From Gekko japonicus (Eukaryota): a stretch of 64,000 nt of DNA. Under the pieces are notes generated by a model. The model was not told where the DNA came from, made no database searches, and saw nothing but the letters and a program-made list of their open reading frames with translations. Both the position numbers and the translations under genes were made by a program. Positions 1 to 13,265 of this stretch are shown here, piece after piece. Location: NCBI RefSeq assembly GCF_001447785.1, contig NW_015175971.1:1795778-1859777 (forward strand), in the 5' to 3' direction. Each line of letters opens with the position of its first letter. The stretch's first letter is position 1.

Positions 1-1800
1 TGGCCAGCAGTCTGTAATATGGGAATTATTAGTATTACTAGTCACCATCTGTCTTCTAATGTAATTTAATATGATCTATTGTTTTATCTGGTTATTGTTT
101 TAATACTATGTACATCACCCAGAGCCCTACAATAGTAGGGATGGGATGATTAATAAATTTAATCAATAAATAAAATAAACTTCAAATAGTCAAAACTCCA
201 TTAGTATAAATCTTGTCAGGCTGTAAAAAACCGAAGAAATGGCAACAAACAGAAGCTTGCAGCTTGCGTATAATATCTAGCCTTAACTGACAAAATTCCT
301 AGGTAAATTTTTTCTCGTTTCCATTCTTTGTCAGAGTATGCATATGAACCCAAAAAGCTTAATTCTGGGACCAAATTCCATTATCCATTAGCATTCATAA
401 TCTCAGCCAGTGGAAAAACAAAAGTTTCAAACTCGCTAGGGATAAGATATGGCAGCACTTTTTGCACAGGCACAGTTCTGAAAAGTAAACCTGTTTGACA
501 GACATTTGAGTTGTTCATTGGTGAACAGAAGAGACCTGGTGAATAGCTCATGTCTGATCATCACAGTCAAAAATGGTCAGTTTGACTGTCAAACAGGTTG
601 CATGCCAAATTCATGGAATGCCTAGTAAAATCCAAAACTGGAAATGTAGCTAGCACCACATCAGATTGTGAGTTATTCTATTTGAATGCTCTCCTGTGTT
701 AAAAACCCAAACTCCCTGGAAGGGAGAATTTTAAAAAAATGCACATCAGAGGAAAAAATATTCTAGCCCAGTTTGAATCACTGTTGTTCTAGTTTTCGAA
801 CAGCAGAAAGTTTTTAAACATAGGGGAACATTTTTAAAAAATGTCGTGCTTCCCACCAGCAGTCTCGAGTGATAAAGTCCATTCAGGACACATCTCATGG
901 TTCTATCACGTCATTCTGATGAATTTTAGACCAGACTTAAGCCCTTGGAAGGAGGGATTTTCCTACTGGCCTCTCGGAATGTGAGTCTATCCTTGCCAAA
1001 TGGAAGCTGTATTTACATGAGAGGAACCCTTCTGGATCAGACCAAAGGTCTACCCAGCCCAGGAACAATAAAGAAGTCATGTGCTAACTGTTCATGTTTA
1101 CCAGAGCGATGTTATCACAGGACTCCAAAATATATTTCTTGGGCAAGGGGAGGGGAGGTTGCTAACTCTCAAAACAGAACATTCTCATGCACGAGAGAGA
1201 CCTGAGGGTGGAGCCTTCTGGATGAGAGGTGGAGCCCAATGTGGGTTCAAGGGGTAGAACCAGGGGGCGGAGCCAGTGTGTTCGGTGGCTTTGAGGACAG
1301 AGCCTAATAAAAAGCTGATTGATTTAGTTATTCGTTTTTTCTTTCATTCTTTCAGCCAACCAGCTCATGTTATGCTTCCTGAGGCCAGTTTTACACCACT
1401 TTATATAGTTTTATTTTTATTATTTGTTTGTTTGATTGATTCATCTGTATCCCGCCTTTCTCCTCAGTGGGGATCCAAAGTGGCTTCCATTGTTCTCCTC
1501 TCTTCCACTTCATCTTCACAACAACCTTTGTGGGGCAGGTCAGGCTGAGAGAGAGTGACCAGCCTAAGGTCATCCGGCAAGCTTCCGTGGCACAAGTGAG
1601 GATGCGAACCCAGGTCTTCCAGATATTAGTATATCACTCTTAATCACTGATGCTTTTTACAGGATTCTGTTCTTTATTTTTTTATGCTGCTGTGCTGCTT
1701 TGTGTTTTTTATGCTGTTCAGATTGTCTAATGCTGCGATATCATACAATTTAAAGCTGTCTAAAATTTGTATGCTACATTCTTGTTGGAAATTAGTCCCA

Positions 1801-2320
1801 GGCTGCGGTCACACGGAGCATTAGCCACGCTAGAGCGATGGAAGACAAGCGGAGTTTCCGGGCACGATCTCACCAGCACATCTGGGAAGCGTAGCAGTTC
1901 CGTGACGCAAACGAGGCTTCCCGCCGAAAACACGCAGCAAAAAACTAGTGCCTCGGAGGTACTAGTTTCCGGAAACTGCGGGGCAAGGGCAGGCGTCTGA
2001 TCGCGTTTCCGGAGGCATCCGGCGCCCGCCCATGTCCCCTTGCAAAAAAGGTTGTTTTTTTCCCACGTCTCCGTGGATGTGCACAAGCACCCAACGGAGC
2101 ATGCGCAGTCGCGGTGTACACGGAAAAAAACACATCCAGTTTGCCGCACCGCGTGCTTCATTTTTGCGCGTGGGATTGTCATGCGATCGGCACCTCTCCC
2201 TTCCCATGGAACCTCCACGGTACCTCCACGGGAGGTCTGATCACTTTACCGCACAGTAGTTTGCCCCGGGGCAAACTGCCATGCTTCCCCCCCGCAGTTT
2301 CCTGCCCGTGTGACGGGGCC
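1801..2320. mobile_element. PIF/Harbinger-like MITE
   Basis: Imperfect TIRs GGCTGCGGTCACACGG ... CCGTGTGACGGGGCC; 3-bp TSD CCA at 1798-1800 and 2321-2323; CpG-rich; homologous to 19509-19894. Confidence 0.8.
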
Positions 2321-2931
2321 CCAGTTAAGTTTCTGAAAAGCACAGTGTACAAATATATTTAATAAACAATGAGAGGGGAACAAAACGGTTCGCTCTTCTG
2401 GCAACTGGCTACAAGCAAAAAATGCAAAACATCAACCTAACACCTGGAGGGGGATTAAAAACGCCACCAAACTTAGGACAATGTGACACAGAATATCACA
2501 GCATGACGAATCATTTGCATAATTTGCACAAGCTAATTATACCTTTTGGAGTTGTTGTTTTTCTTTTCTTAAAAAAAACCAAATGCCTTTTATTCTGGAG
2601 GCTGGTTCAGGATGACGCCTTGACAGTATTTTTCCCTTTTGAAAAAGAAACGACAAATCAAGAACGGTGACCAGGAAAAAATGAGCCATTGTTTAACCAA
2701 GAACTATGCACAAAAGCAATGCCTCTTGGATAATTTAAACTACCATTCCCATTCAGTCCAGGTGATTAAAAACCTAGGCAAACCACAACCATTCTACAGG
2801 CGGCTGGGGCAGCTGAACTTGGCTGCTTGCAGAAACAGGAAGTGGCATTTCAAGGGAGCGTTGCTATCGGAAGGCCCAAAGTTCAAGTCATCACTCGCAA
2901 AAGGTCACAATAGAACAATGTGTACAGGGTC

Positions 2932-3219
2932 TGTTGTGTATTGAAAACTATGTTAAGTTTGAGTCTGAACAAGGATTGTAAATAGACCAATCAGAGCTGT
3001 GCAAGGTTCAGGAGGGAAGCACTCTGATTGGACCTTATCTGTAAATAGTTATTGGTTGTTCGCTGACTTGTGGGTGTGGCTACCTAAGCCTGGACTATTT
3101 AAAAGGGAGCCTGTTGCTCTATGTCGTTGTCTCGTTCTTGTCTTGTTCTGATTTCTTCTGACTTCATTAAATAAAGCTGATTCACTGTTCACTAGCTGTG
3201 TTGAGTCTAATACTTAACA
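2932..3219 (+). mobile_element. Solo LTR (288 bp)
   Basis: TGTT...AACA termini; perfect 5-bp TSD GGGTC (2927-2931, 3220-3224); CCAAT/ATTGG boxes, TATTTAAAA, then AATAAA near the 3' end. Confidence 0.88.
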
Positions 3220-3368
3220 GGGTCCTTCACTGTCCAGGGCTAAAGCAGAGGGGGACCGTCCAACAGAATCAAAGAGGTGGCAGATCACGCTCCTAGAGGC
3301 AATAGTATTTCTACTAGACAAGAGGCTATTGTTGTGTGCCTCTAGTTTGAGAAGCACCAGATCCTCTA

Positions 3369-3790
3369 GGGCCATGGTCAGACGTGCCTTTAGATCCGAC
3401 TCAGCTGCGAATGCCTGATGGATCTAAAGGGGACAATCAGAAAGCAACATCTGGGAAAGGTCCCGCAGTCATCAGCAACCCGTGCTGCTCTGCCACAGAA
3501 GTGGAATTAAAAGAAATCGGGGAAAGTCCAGTCCTAATGCTTGCCGACGGGCTATGAATGGACTTTCCCCTGTCTGATCGCTCAAGCACGCTCTCACACC
3601 ATCGGGATGGTCTGCTCATTCCATTCCGACTCAGTGCCATTTTTTCCCCTCGCTTAGCAGTATGCACATAACCGCATACTCCATGGGGAACCCTCAGTGC
3701 GGAAGTGCGATTCCTTGTTTATGCTCATGGGAAACAAAAGGCGGGGGGGGGAACCCACTCGGCTGAACATGCTATCTGATTTGGATCATA
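3369..3790 (-). mobile_element. Degenerate Harbinger-like MITE, inverted homologue of 44110-44656
   Basis: 3541-3640 (GGACTTTCCCCTGTCTGATC...CATCGGGATGGTCTG) matches the reverse complement of ~44390-44483; decayed TIR GGGCCATGGTCAGACG; right boundary approximate. Confidence 0.7.
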
Positions 3791-4414
3791 CCTGTAGAGT
3801 TTTGGTTCGTGCTACAGCTAGTTTTGAGCTCATGCCATCTACTGCATGTTTTCTTTTGGAAACTCTTCTCTGCACCATGAGCCGGTGACCACATAATTCT
3901 GAAGACAGACTTGTACTTTAAAGGAAGAGAGACTTGTACTTTCAAGGACTATTAGGTCACTATTCAACTGGTGCAGGTGTCATTTATGCATGGTGGCAAA
4001 ACCATTTATTATGTGTATCATTTATGTTGTAAGTAGAACTGTATAAGAAGACAGTAGTCTCAAGTGTGATTTGTACAGCATGACAGAGTATTCTGGTTAT
4101 TTGTTTGCACAACTGTATTCACTGTATTTCCATTTTTGTGTGGTTGTTTCTCCAAAATAAGAGGCTGCAAATATAAATACTCCTCAATATTAAAAAAAAA
4201 ATCTCTGCATTAAAGAAAACTCCCTGCACATGTCAAACTAGTATGTCATTGTCAAGTAGAAGAGATTCTAGCCTAGCTGTCTCCCTGACATGCTGGGATC
4301 TACATTTTTACATGGACAAACATTCAAACGTGATCTACATAGTCTGGATGGCTGAGTCCAGGAAAAACTGCACCATGTGATTTTCCTGAACAGATGTTTC
4401 AACTAGGGATGAGC

Positions 4415-4608
4415 TAGGGTTGCCAACCGCCAGGGGATTGCTGGAGGTCTCCTGGGATTACAACTGATCTCCAGGTGACAGAGATCAGTTCACCTGGACT
4501 CTATGGCATTATACCCCATTGAAGTCCCTCCCCTCCCCAAACCCCACCCTCCTCAGGCTCCACCCCCAAAATCTCCATGAATTTCCTAACTCAGAGCTGG
4601 CAACCCTC
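4415..4608. mobile_element. hAT MITE, TAGGGTTGCCA family (Blackjack-like TIR)
   Basis: TIRs TAGGGTTGCCA / TGGCAACCCTC; perfect 8-bp TSD GGATGAGC. Confidence 0.88.
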
Positions 4609-6719
4609 GGATGAGCAGATTACCCTCATTCTGTTCTTTATGTTGTGGGATTCCGCTCCTCTACATTCTGTTCCTCCTCTACTGCATTATAATAAGGAGA
4701 AATTCTAAAATTATTTCCAGAATTGGATCCTGCAGTTTGTCATAACTTTCCATTCCTTCGATCCACTTGCATTCCCCCCCCCAGGCACATGTATATTGAT
4801 AACCCCCCCACAAAATAGCAGTATTAATGGGATTGCCTTAAGATCCTTTTACAAGCACATGCATTCCTGTACATTGGTGAAATACCACACAAAAAGAACC
4901 TTAATCAAACTGAGCATACAAGTTGATGAGAAACTTCCAGTATTATATCAATGTATATGTGGATCTGTAACATATGGGCAGCACGGGGGTGGGTGTGGGT
5001 GGATGCATATGAACTGGAAGTCCTGAAAGGCAGGGCTGGGTACAAAATCTAGAAGTTAAAAAAAAAGGAATATGGAGGATTCCTAATGAACCAATTCCAC
5101 TTTGAACTGGAAGCAAGGACCAGATGGTTTAGAATTCCAGAACGGGGGGGGGGGGGGGGGAGATGGATGAGAATCTTGGAAGTACTCCTAGTTTCACCTC
5201 TTGGGTTGCAGTGGGTCACTGGATGATGACATCATCACTGGGCAGCCATTTTAGGTTAAAGCAGCTGGCAACCAGCAGGGTTTTGTTTTTTCCTTAATTA
5301 AATTGTGTGATTTCTGTGGCTATCCCCGGTCCTGGAAGCTGAGCAAAATCTTACTCGGCCTCTGCTACTACACCCACCCGTCTCGGGTTTCCCATATCCA
5401 CTCTGCTGCTCAGATCTCCTTTGGGGACAAGAATACAACATGTAGCTTTTTCTTCACAGCCAGTCGGACCAAAAAGAGGGGGGGGGGAATCAATGGCCTT
5501 TCCACTAAAGCATTTTATCCCTTTATATATATGGCGCCCCATAAAAAATTTTATACACACCAAAAAAAAAAAAAGTTCAGAAGTGGATGTAAAAAATGTT
5601 GGTGGGGTGGGATGGGGAGGGCTGAGCAAAGATCTATAAGTAAATTACAAACCTGAGGTGGCTTGCGATATATCGGGACAAGCGGTGTGGAGGGGTGAGC
5701 TTTATTGATGAGTTTTTATTGATTTACCATCATTCCCACTGTGGGCATTTTCTGGTCTATTATACCAGAGTCACCGCATATTCCCCTCACAGCACTAAAG
5801 AGGAAATATGGACAACCTGACCTTGGCAATATGGAGATAATGAAATTCTCCTAATGATTCTTCCAAGAGGTTTTTTACAAGCCAACTCTGGATTCCATCT
5901 ATTTCAGGGCTATGCTAATTTGGGAAGGTTCCCCTCCCCCTTTCCCATGTTTTTTTTTTTTTTTGCAAGCTCACCAAAGTTTGCTGATCTCATTACTTCG
6001 TAGGGACCCATTTAACATTACCGTGTACATAGTTCCCACATGGCTGGGATATGAAATGATTCAATCACATCATCTCCGTGTCCAGGGCAGAAAGCACGGG
6101 TCCCGGCTGCAGAATCAGCATCCCTACAGGGGAGGGGGGCTGCCAAATCCATGGCAAAGACCCATGCAAATAAGCCCCCACCCATGTAGGTAAAAGCCGT
6201 TCACAAGCACCTACAATGACGCTTCACATTTACTGCAAATCCTTTGCAGGTTAAAAAGAAACACACAGTAGAAACTTGGTTAGAGGCAACTGGCTTTAAG
6301 AGGCTATGTGTGTCCCCCCACCCCCTCCTTCCCAGAAGACAACAGGGATGAGGAGGGAGCTAGGATCCTGACGTTATGGAGGGATGCAGTACCAGCGCTG
6401 CCTAGAAAGGCAATTTGTGGAGGGAAGAACAACCTTCAGCTAGGGCTGCAGGGTCCGTGGGGAGTGTAGGATGAAGCCCCCCCTCTTAATATCATTCTCT
6501 TTGCTTCTCTTTCAGAACTGTTCAAACCAGAGTAGGCTTTAGGCAAGCTTCAGCGAGCATTCTCATCTGCAATACCTAGATACTGGCCTACCTTCCAGGG
6601 TTGTTTGTAAAAATTACTGGTGTGACAAACCATTTACGCTGTTTTTTAAAAAACCACTGAATGTTATCCACAATTTTTCACAGATGTGTACAAAGCTTGA
6701 TAGACCCCAATAGGATAAT

Positions 6720-6995
6720 AGAATCATAAAGTTGGAAGGGACCTCCGGGGTCATCTAGTCCAACCCCCTGCACAATTCAGGAAATTCACAAATACCTCCT
6801 CCTCCACATCTGCAGTGACCACTGTTCCAAGCCCAGAAGATGACAAAAAACCTCTAGGATCTCCAGCCAAACTGGCCTGGATAAAAATTACTTCCCGACC
6901 CCAAAGTGGTGATCAGCATTTCCCTGGGTGTGTATGAAAGGGCCACAAAGCACTGAAGCAACTCTTCCTGCTCTCCCTCTCATGATCTGCCTAAT
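6720..6995 (-). mobile_element. CR1 LINE 3' fragment
   Basis: GAATCATAAAGTTGGAAGGGACCTCC...TCATCTAGTCCAACCCCCTGC is the reverse complement of a CR1-type 3' end; sense version at 58165-58230. Confidence 0.7.
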
Positions 6996-9529
6996 ATTTC
7001 CAAAAAATATTAAACACACTTCCTCATTATTGGTTTCAGAATTAATAAAATTTGAATAACAGCGTGTTTCAATGACTACAGTGTTGAACTAGCCCTGGGG
7101 AGACCCCAGTTCAGATCCTCGCACTGTAATGAAACTCAGTGAATGATTTTTGCCCTGTCACTCTTTTTTAAGTGTTGGCCTGAGTATAAAGGGGGACAGA
7201 CAGACAGAAGAACAGAGATGTTTGTTTCTTAATTCAGTCAGAATCCTGCTGTGAAGAGCGAGTGGCAGACCGCCCATTGATTCAGAACATCCTGGTGTGA
7301 AAGTGGCAGGATCAGTCTCAACCAGGCCCAATTTTGCACTTTGGAGGAAGGGAAGGGCATAAGGCTTTTTGCTGCATGCAGGAAAAAGAGATGCTGTACC
7401 ACAGGGTGACTCAGGGGACACGTTGAAAAGATTAACTGTGTACACCTGCCTGCCGTTGTACCTAACAGGGGCATAAAATACCCAACTTCTCTCCTTCGCT
7501 TTCTCTCCCCACTCCACGACCCCCGACTATGGTGTCCTCAAGAAAAATGCTGCCTTTTAAAGCCAAAACCCAAATGAGATATGCCCTTCCATCGATTTCT
7601 GTAACTTTACACACACATGCTCTTTACACCCCTCCAAGGCCGCGAATAATCTTTGCTAAAGCCTCCGCCAAATGTTACTTCCAGGCAAATCTTAATTTCC
7701 TAGCATGGAAATAAAAAGGCCTATTTTTCATAGGCACCTTGCAGAAAGATATATATTTCTTCATAATGCAAGGAGGATTGGGGAGGGGTGATCATTGCAG
7801 GCTGAGTAGAGCTGCTTGCTCTCTTTCCAAATGCCATCTCGCTCTATAAATCGTTAACACTACCCAGTATGTACTGCAGCTTAACAGGAAACAGGAGCAC
7901 GGGTGCTGGTCAGACCCAAAACAGATGCAATGGGATGCTACACATAAATCAGAGCAAGAACTGCCACCAACTGTACGGAAAACTGGTCAAGATTTAGGAG
8001 GAGTAGGCACAGGGAGATTTAGGAGGAGTAGGCACAGGGAGCTGTCCACTCCTGAAGATCAACAAGTAGGGATCACAAGGGCTGGGTTACAAAGGTCTTC
8101 CACCAGCTGTGGCAAAATCCAGATTGATACTTTTTTTGTTGTTGCAGGCCCTTTCTGCCCCCATATTTTGCCTCAGTTCCTGTGTGCATCCTATTCTTTC
8201 ATTCTGCATTTCCTCCCGCTTTCATTTCCCATTTGTGTCGGGGCTTTTTCTTGTTTCTGCATTTGTTTTACAGGAATCTGCATTCAGACCGCTTCCAGCA
8301 CACTGTTGGCCCACCATTACCAAAACTCCTTTTGTTGCGATTCTTTGTTCTCATCCACTTTTGAATCGCTAATCCTTTCTAAAGTAGAATTGTTTCTGCG
8401 GGTATTTAAGTGCTGCCCACTGCCCTCCCCCATTTCTCCTTCTCTCTCTTTAAGTTGATGCTCCCTCCCCATTCTGTTTCTTTTCTCTCCTTCTCCAAAG
8501 ACAAAAGAGGACGTGTCCTCCCATTCAGGCAAACTTTTAAAAAGCCAGAGAGATCATAGGAAGGAGTCAGTAAATACAAAGAACTAGGGGGATTCCCTGC
8601 TCCCAAATGTGTCAGTCTTGCATGTGTGGGCCTGGATTTCCCCCTCCCTTCCCTTTCTTTTTGCAGAATCAGGGAGGGAGGGAGGGGTTGGGTCTGCAGT
8701 TAAAAGTTTTGAAAGACATTTGCCTTTCTCTTCACCTTAGACAAAGCAGCCAGTTAGTTCAAAAAATGTGGGGTTTGCTTGTAGTTGCAGAATGCATACA
8801 GAATACACAAATAAATAAACTGGAGGGGGGAAACCAGTGCAGAGGGGAATGTGTGCAAATGTGAAGTCAACCCTTAAGGCTTGACGCCTCAGATCCTCTG
8901 GAGCAAGCAGTCAGTGCAGAAAGGGCCTAAGTCTCACTCTGCCCCTGGCTCTCCCCATTGCAATTTGTGGGGGGGGGGGCTGCTTCTGAAAACACTCAGA
9001 CCTCCTCATTGCTGCAGTGGCTCTTTGAACACCCTTGTATACACTGTTCCCTCATGGCCTCCTCAGCAAAACCTCTCAGTCTTCCTGGAACTGAGAGGGG
9101 TATACTGGAGTCCAGCTCTTGGTGGCTACAGGACCCTGGTAACGGCTGGTGGGGGGTTGGACTGTAAGTTTTTGCAGCAGTGACACCATCTAACATGCCC
9201 AATAGTCAGTGGTTTCTTAAGGATCCCAGTTCCTCCAAGGGTCCACATCCATTTGAAGAAAATATGGATAGAAGTGCATGTAGAAGTTCCATGCACACAT
9301 TGCAGCACATCTGGGTCTCTGCATCAAGCCACAAGTCATGAGCCAGGAACACTGAAGACCATGTGACCATCTCGTAATCACCTATCATCATCATAAGTAT
9401 CTTAAGCTCAGGAGTCAGATGACTCAGAGTAAAATCAGTCTTACTGAACTTCCGGTGTTCTACAGTCTACTTCAGTTTCCTCAGCCTGAGTTTCTCCATC
9501 CGCAAGAGATTTGCTGAACTAGTTTCTGT

Positions 9530-9868
9530 CTACTTTCCACATTTGTCCACAGTGAGGGAACTCGCTGCCACAGGCTATAGTGATAGCCATTAACTTTGAA
9601 TAATTACGACAGATTCATGGATGGCAGGTCCATCAATGGCTGTTAGTTAGGATGGCGAAATGGAACATCCATGTTCAGAGGCAGCGTACCTCTGAAAATT
9701 GACTGCTGGAAACAACAGCAAGAGGCTTTGGGCTTCATCTCCTGCTTGTAAGCCTTCCAGGGGCCTCTGGATGGCCACTACAGAAGCTGGAGAACTATTT
9801 CCACCAAAATACCAAAAGTGAGAAACAAGATGCTGAACTAGATGGACCAGCAAGGCTCTTCTTATATT
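9530..9868 (+). mobile_element. Degenerate CR1 3' fragment
   Basis: AGATTCATGGATGGCAGGTCCATCAATGGCT...CTAGATGGACCAGC...CTCTTCTTAT resembles the reverse complement of the CR1 copy at 29221-29603. Confidence 0.55.
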
Positions 9869-10137
9869 GTTATCTCTTTCTCATTTTGCCCTGTGCTGCC
9901 ACACTCCACCTCACATCTCTGTATTTTGCAGACTGATATGTAGACCTTGCATCCTAACCCCACCAGAAAGTCTTCTTCTACATTTGTTAGGAATTCCCTA
10001 CCATCACTACAAGCTTAATCCTGCAAAGGCCCAAGACACTGAGCAAGAGACTAAGTGCACATTGAATGAGACCTAAGACTAGTAAAGTCTTGGTTTGGGG
10101 AAGGACTATAAGCTCAGTGGCAGAGAATGTACTTTGA

Positions 10138-11029
10138 GGAAGAAGAAGAGATTGGATTTATATCCTGCCCTTCACTACTCGAAGGAGTCTCAGAGCAGCT
10201 TACAATCTCCTTCCCTTCCCCTCCCCACAACAGACACCCTGTGAGGTAGGTGGAGATTTATTTTTTTAATTTATTTAACTTTCGACTTGCTACCCCACTC
10301 AAACCCCCCAACAGGGGGTCTCTGAGCGGCTCTACAGTTAATCGTTATCCCTTACCTAAGGCCACATATATATGCTGGGGTGGGGACTATCCTAGCAGCA
10401 CCCAGTGGAGGGACGTTCTGGATCGGCTTGTCGGTACGGCTTCTTCTGGCTTCTTCCTCTCGGTGGTGGTACAGCGGGCCTCTCTGGCGCTCAGCGCACT
10501 TCCGGTGCAGCTTCTGGTTTCGTCCATTAAGGCTCCACCACGCATGCGCCTTTCACACTCCGGCATCCTCCTGGCTCCACCTTCACTAGCGTCCGGCCCC
10601 TCGAAGATGTTATGCCTCCGTCACCATTTTTCCGCCGCTCGCCATATGCTGCTCGCCGCCTCACCTCGCCTTTCGTCGTCATTGCTCCACAGACCCCCTC
10701 AATGGGGGGAGGGTGCCCCCTACCATCTAAGGTAGGTACCCATTGATCTACTCACACATTAGGTGTTACATCGTGCTTTCGAACCGCTGGGTTGGCGGGA
10801 GCTGGGACAAGGGCCAGGTGCGCACTCTGGCCGCGGTGGGGAATCGAACAGCTGTCGCAGCTGCTTATAGATGTTACCGCTCTTTTGAGAACTGCTCTTG
10901 AGAGAACAGCTCTGAGAGAACTGTGACTGACCCAAGGTCACACCAGCAGCTGCATATGGGGGAGCAGGGAATCAAACCCAGTTCTCCCAGATTAGAGTCC
11001 ATGCTCCTAACCACTACACCAAACTGGCT
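10138..11029 (-). mobile_element. Squam3-like tRNA-derived SINE interrupted by a ~620-bp insertion
   Basis: Tail 10138-10255 and head 10880-11029 match the intact copies at 17081-17350 and 29606-29922. Confidence 0.8.
10256..10879 (-). mobile_element. Chimeric SINE-like element (tRNA/Sauria-like head, CpG-rich body, L2-type tail)
   Basis: Minus-strand B-box GTTCGATTCCC; 10733-10810 resembles the Sauria SINE core at 35140-35200; AT-rich tail with a GTCTCTGAGCGGCTCTACA motif like Squam3/L2 tails. Confidence 0.6.
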
Positions 11030-12349
11030 TTGAATGCAAAATGTCCTTGCCTGGTTCCCCAAAAACCTCACCTTTTTAAAAAAAAAATCTTTGGTATAAT
11101 TGTTTGGAGAGGTTTCTAGCTTAGATTCTGAACAGTTACTCCCCGCCAGAGTACTGTCTGGTTATCCTCTGAAGAAAAAAAGACAATGAATTAGAGGGGC
11201 CCTTGGTTTGATCAAGACTGGGGAGACTCCCATTCAAAGCCCTCCTCAGACAGTTAACCCACTTATTGACTTTGGGTCAGTCACGCCCACATAGCCTAAC
11301 CTAGTACTGTTGGCTGTTGAGAGGATAAAGGGGAGGAAGAGAGGACGAGGCACATTACCTTGTGTTTCTTGGAGAAAGGGCCAGATTAAAACGTGATAGA
11401 CATATCTAGATAAGTCTTTTGCACCTTGTGTATGTAAAGTCCAGAAAGGGGGGGGGGGACCCACATCTAATATAATTCTGTCAAAGAACACAGGCAGGGC
11501 AACATTTTTGTCTGAAGGTACTGGGGTGGGGGAGGGAGAGTGATTAACTTGCTAACAATAGCATTAAATCAGGCCCGGAACCTACAGCTCAAGTCTCAGC
11601 CAAGAGTTGTTAATACCTTTATTATGGGCTAAAATGTATTCATGATATTAAAGACATCACATTTTCTGCCCCGGTGTCACATTTTAGATGTAGCGTAGAT
11701 AAATGATATATCACTGGAAGAGATCTACAAAAACCATTAGTAACCGTGACATTTTGACGTCAGATTTTAAAAAATTCCTAAGTAATCTTTTTGATTTATG
11801 AAATGGTGTCCAGGTTCATCGAGAATGATCTCAGATTCATCACAGCCTGGTTAGAATTATTAATGATTTTCAATTTGTAAATCCAATGCCAGCGTGCCCA
11901 AAGTGCTTGCAGCAAAACCAGAGAGGTAGACGACAACCGGGTGCAGGGTGGCGGGGGTGGGGGAGGCCAATTTGTAACTTGGGAGGGGGGTTCCATCTCA
12001 ACTGTTGGGCAGGCCTTCTTTTTAACTTAACCCAGTCTCACCTCTTCCCCCCTACACACACACAGAGTGAGCAAACTTGTGCACAGAAAGCATTTCTACT
12101 GCTAACCGCAAAGCTGCGCACCTTGGGCATGACAGATTGAAACACTAACAGCGCTACCGTGGAGCATATGCCATCAAAGAGAGGGGGAGATCAAGAGTTT
12201 TAGAGGCTCCTGCTGAAGGGTCTTAAAAGGCTTTAAATTACAACCAAGGAAAGAGCTGAAGTAAGCCAAAAATGAAAAAAAAGGGGGGGGGGTGTATTTC
12301 TTTTTCCTGCCCTGGTTGTAAAGGACAAAACACAAGCAGCAAGTACAAC

Positions 12350-12840
12350 ATATAAAGCTGCCTTCTACCCGGTCAGAACATCAGTGTATCAAGGACAAGG
12401 CTGTCCACCCTGATCGGCAGGTGCTCTCCAAGGCCTCCAGTAAGGATCTTTTGTTTCACCTCCTACCTGATCTTTTAAACTAGAGATGTCAGGCATTGAA
12501 CCTGGGATGCAAAACACATGTTCTAGCACTGAGCCAGATTGTCAGGCAGAGTTCTTTCACATCACTATAACCGGGTCCTTTTAACTGGAGATGCTGTGGA
12601 TTGAACCCAGGACCTTCTGCATGCAAGGCAGATGTGCAGCCACTGAGCCACAGCCCCTGTCTTTAATGAGAACACATGAAGCTGCCTTCTACTGATTCAG
12701 AGCATAGCTCTTTTAAGGCCAGTACTGCCTGGTTTGACTGGCAGCAGCTCTCCGGTGTTTCAGACAGATATTTTTCACAGCACCTGTCACGTGAGATGCT
12801 CTGAATCTGGGACCGAACCTGCTCTACCACTATTCACGAT
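12350..12840 (-). mobile_element. Cluster of three tRNA-derived SINEs with CR1-like tails
   Basis: Repeated AAGCTGCCTTCTAC...GGCAG..CTCTCC...ACTGGAGATG...TTGAACC..GG...CACTGAGCCA; other copies at ~22120-22830, 30970-31290, 44684-44850 (+), 57240-57550 (+), 60150-60290. Confidence 0.65.
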
Positions 12841-13016
12841 TCCTCCTAAAGTGCAGACCTCCATTTGAACTGAGGTGAGTCCCACAATCTGAGGCCTAGG
12901 AATCCGGTGATTCTGGAAGCCGGTCCCCGTACCACTGCCTGTGATACGACTCAAAAGTCCTGCTGTGCTACCTCAACATTGCCGGGGAAGCCACATGGCA
13001 ACCTTTCTCTCCTTCC

Positions 13017-13140
13017 AGAGCCACTTTGCTGTAGTGCTTAAGAGTGGTGGACTCTAATCTAGAGAACCGAGTTCGATTCCCCACTCCTCCACATGAAGCC
13101 AGCTGGGTGACTTTGGGTCAGTCACAGCTCTCAGCCCCAA
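13017..13140 (+). mobile_element. Squam3-like SINE 5' part
   Basis: AGAGCCACTTTGCTGTAGTGCTTAAG...GACTCTAATCT...GTTCGATTCCCCACTCCTCCACATG; A- and B-box-like motifs. Confidence 0.7.
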
Positions 13141-13230
13141 AAATAAACCAAGCTCTTCACAAAAAGAGCTAGAGTTTCAGGCTGCCAGACAATCTTCAGA
13201 TCTCCTGGCTATACCATAGCCACTGCCATA

Positions 13231-13265
13231 NNNNNNNNNNNNNNNNNNNNNNNNNNNNNNNNNNN
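13231..13265. other. Assembly gap (35 N)
   Basis: Run of n characters. Confidence 1.

Noticed and set aside
1089-1400. LTR-like segment with three GG(T/C)GGAGCC boxes and AATAAA
   Set aside because: No TG...CA pair with a TSD could be defined.
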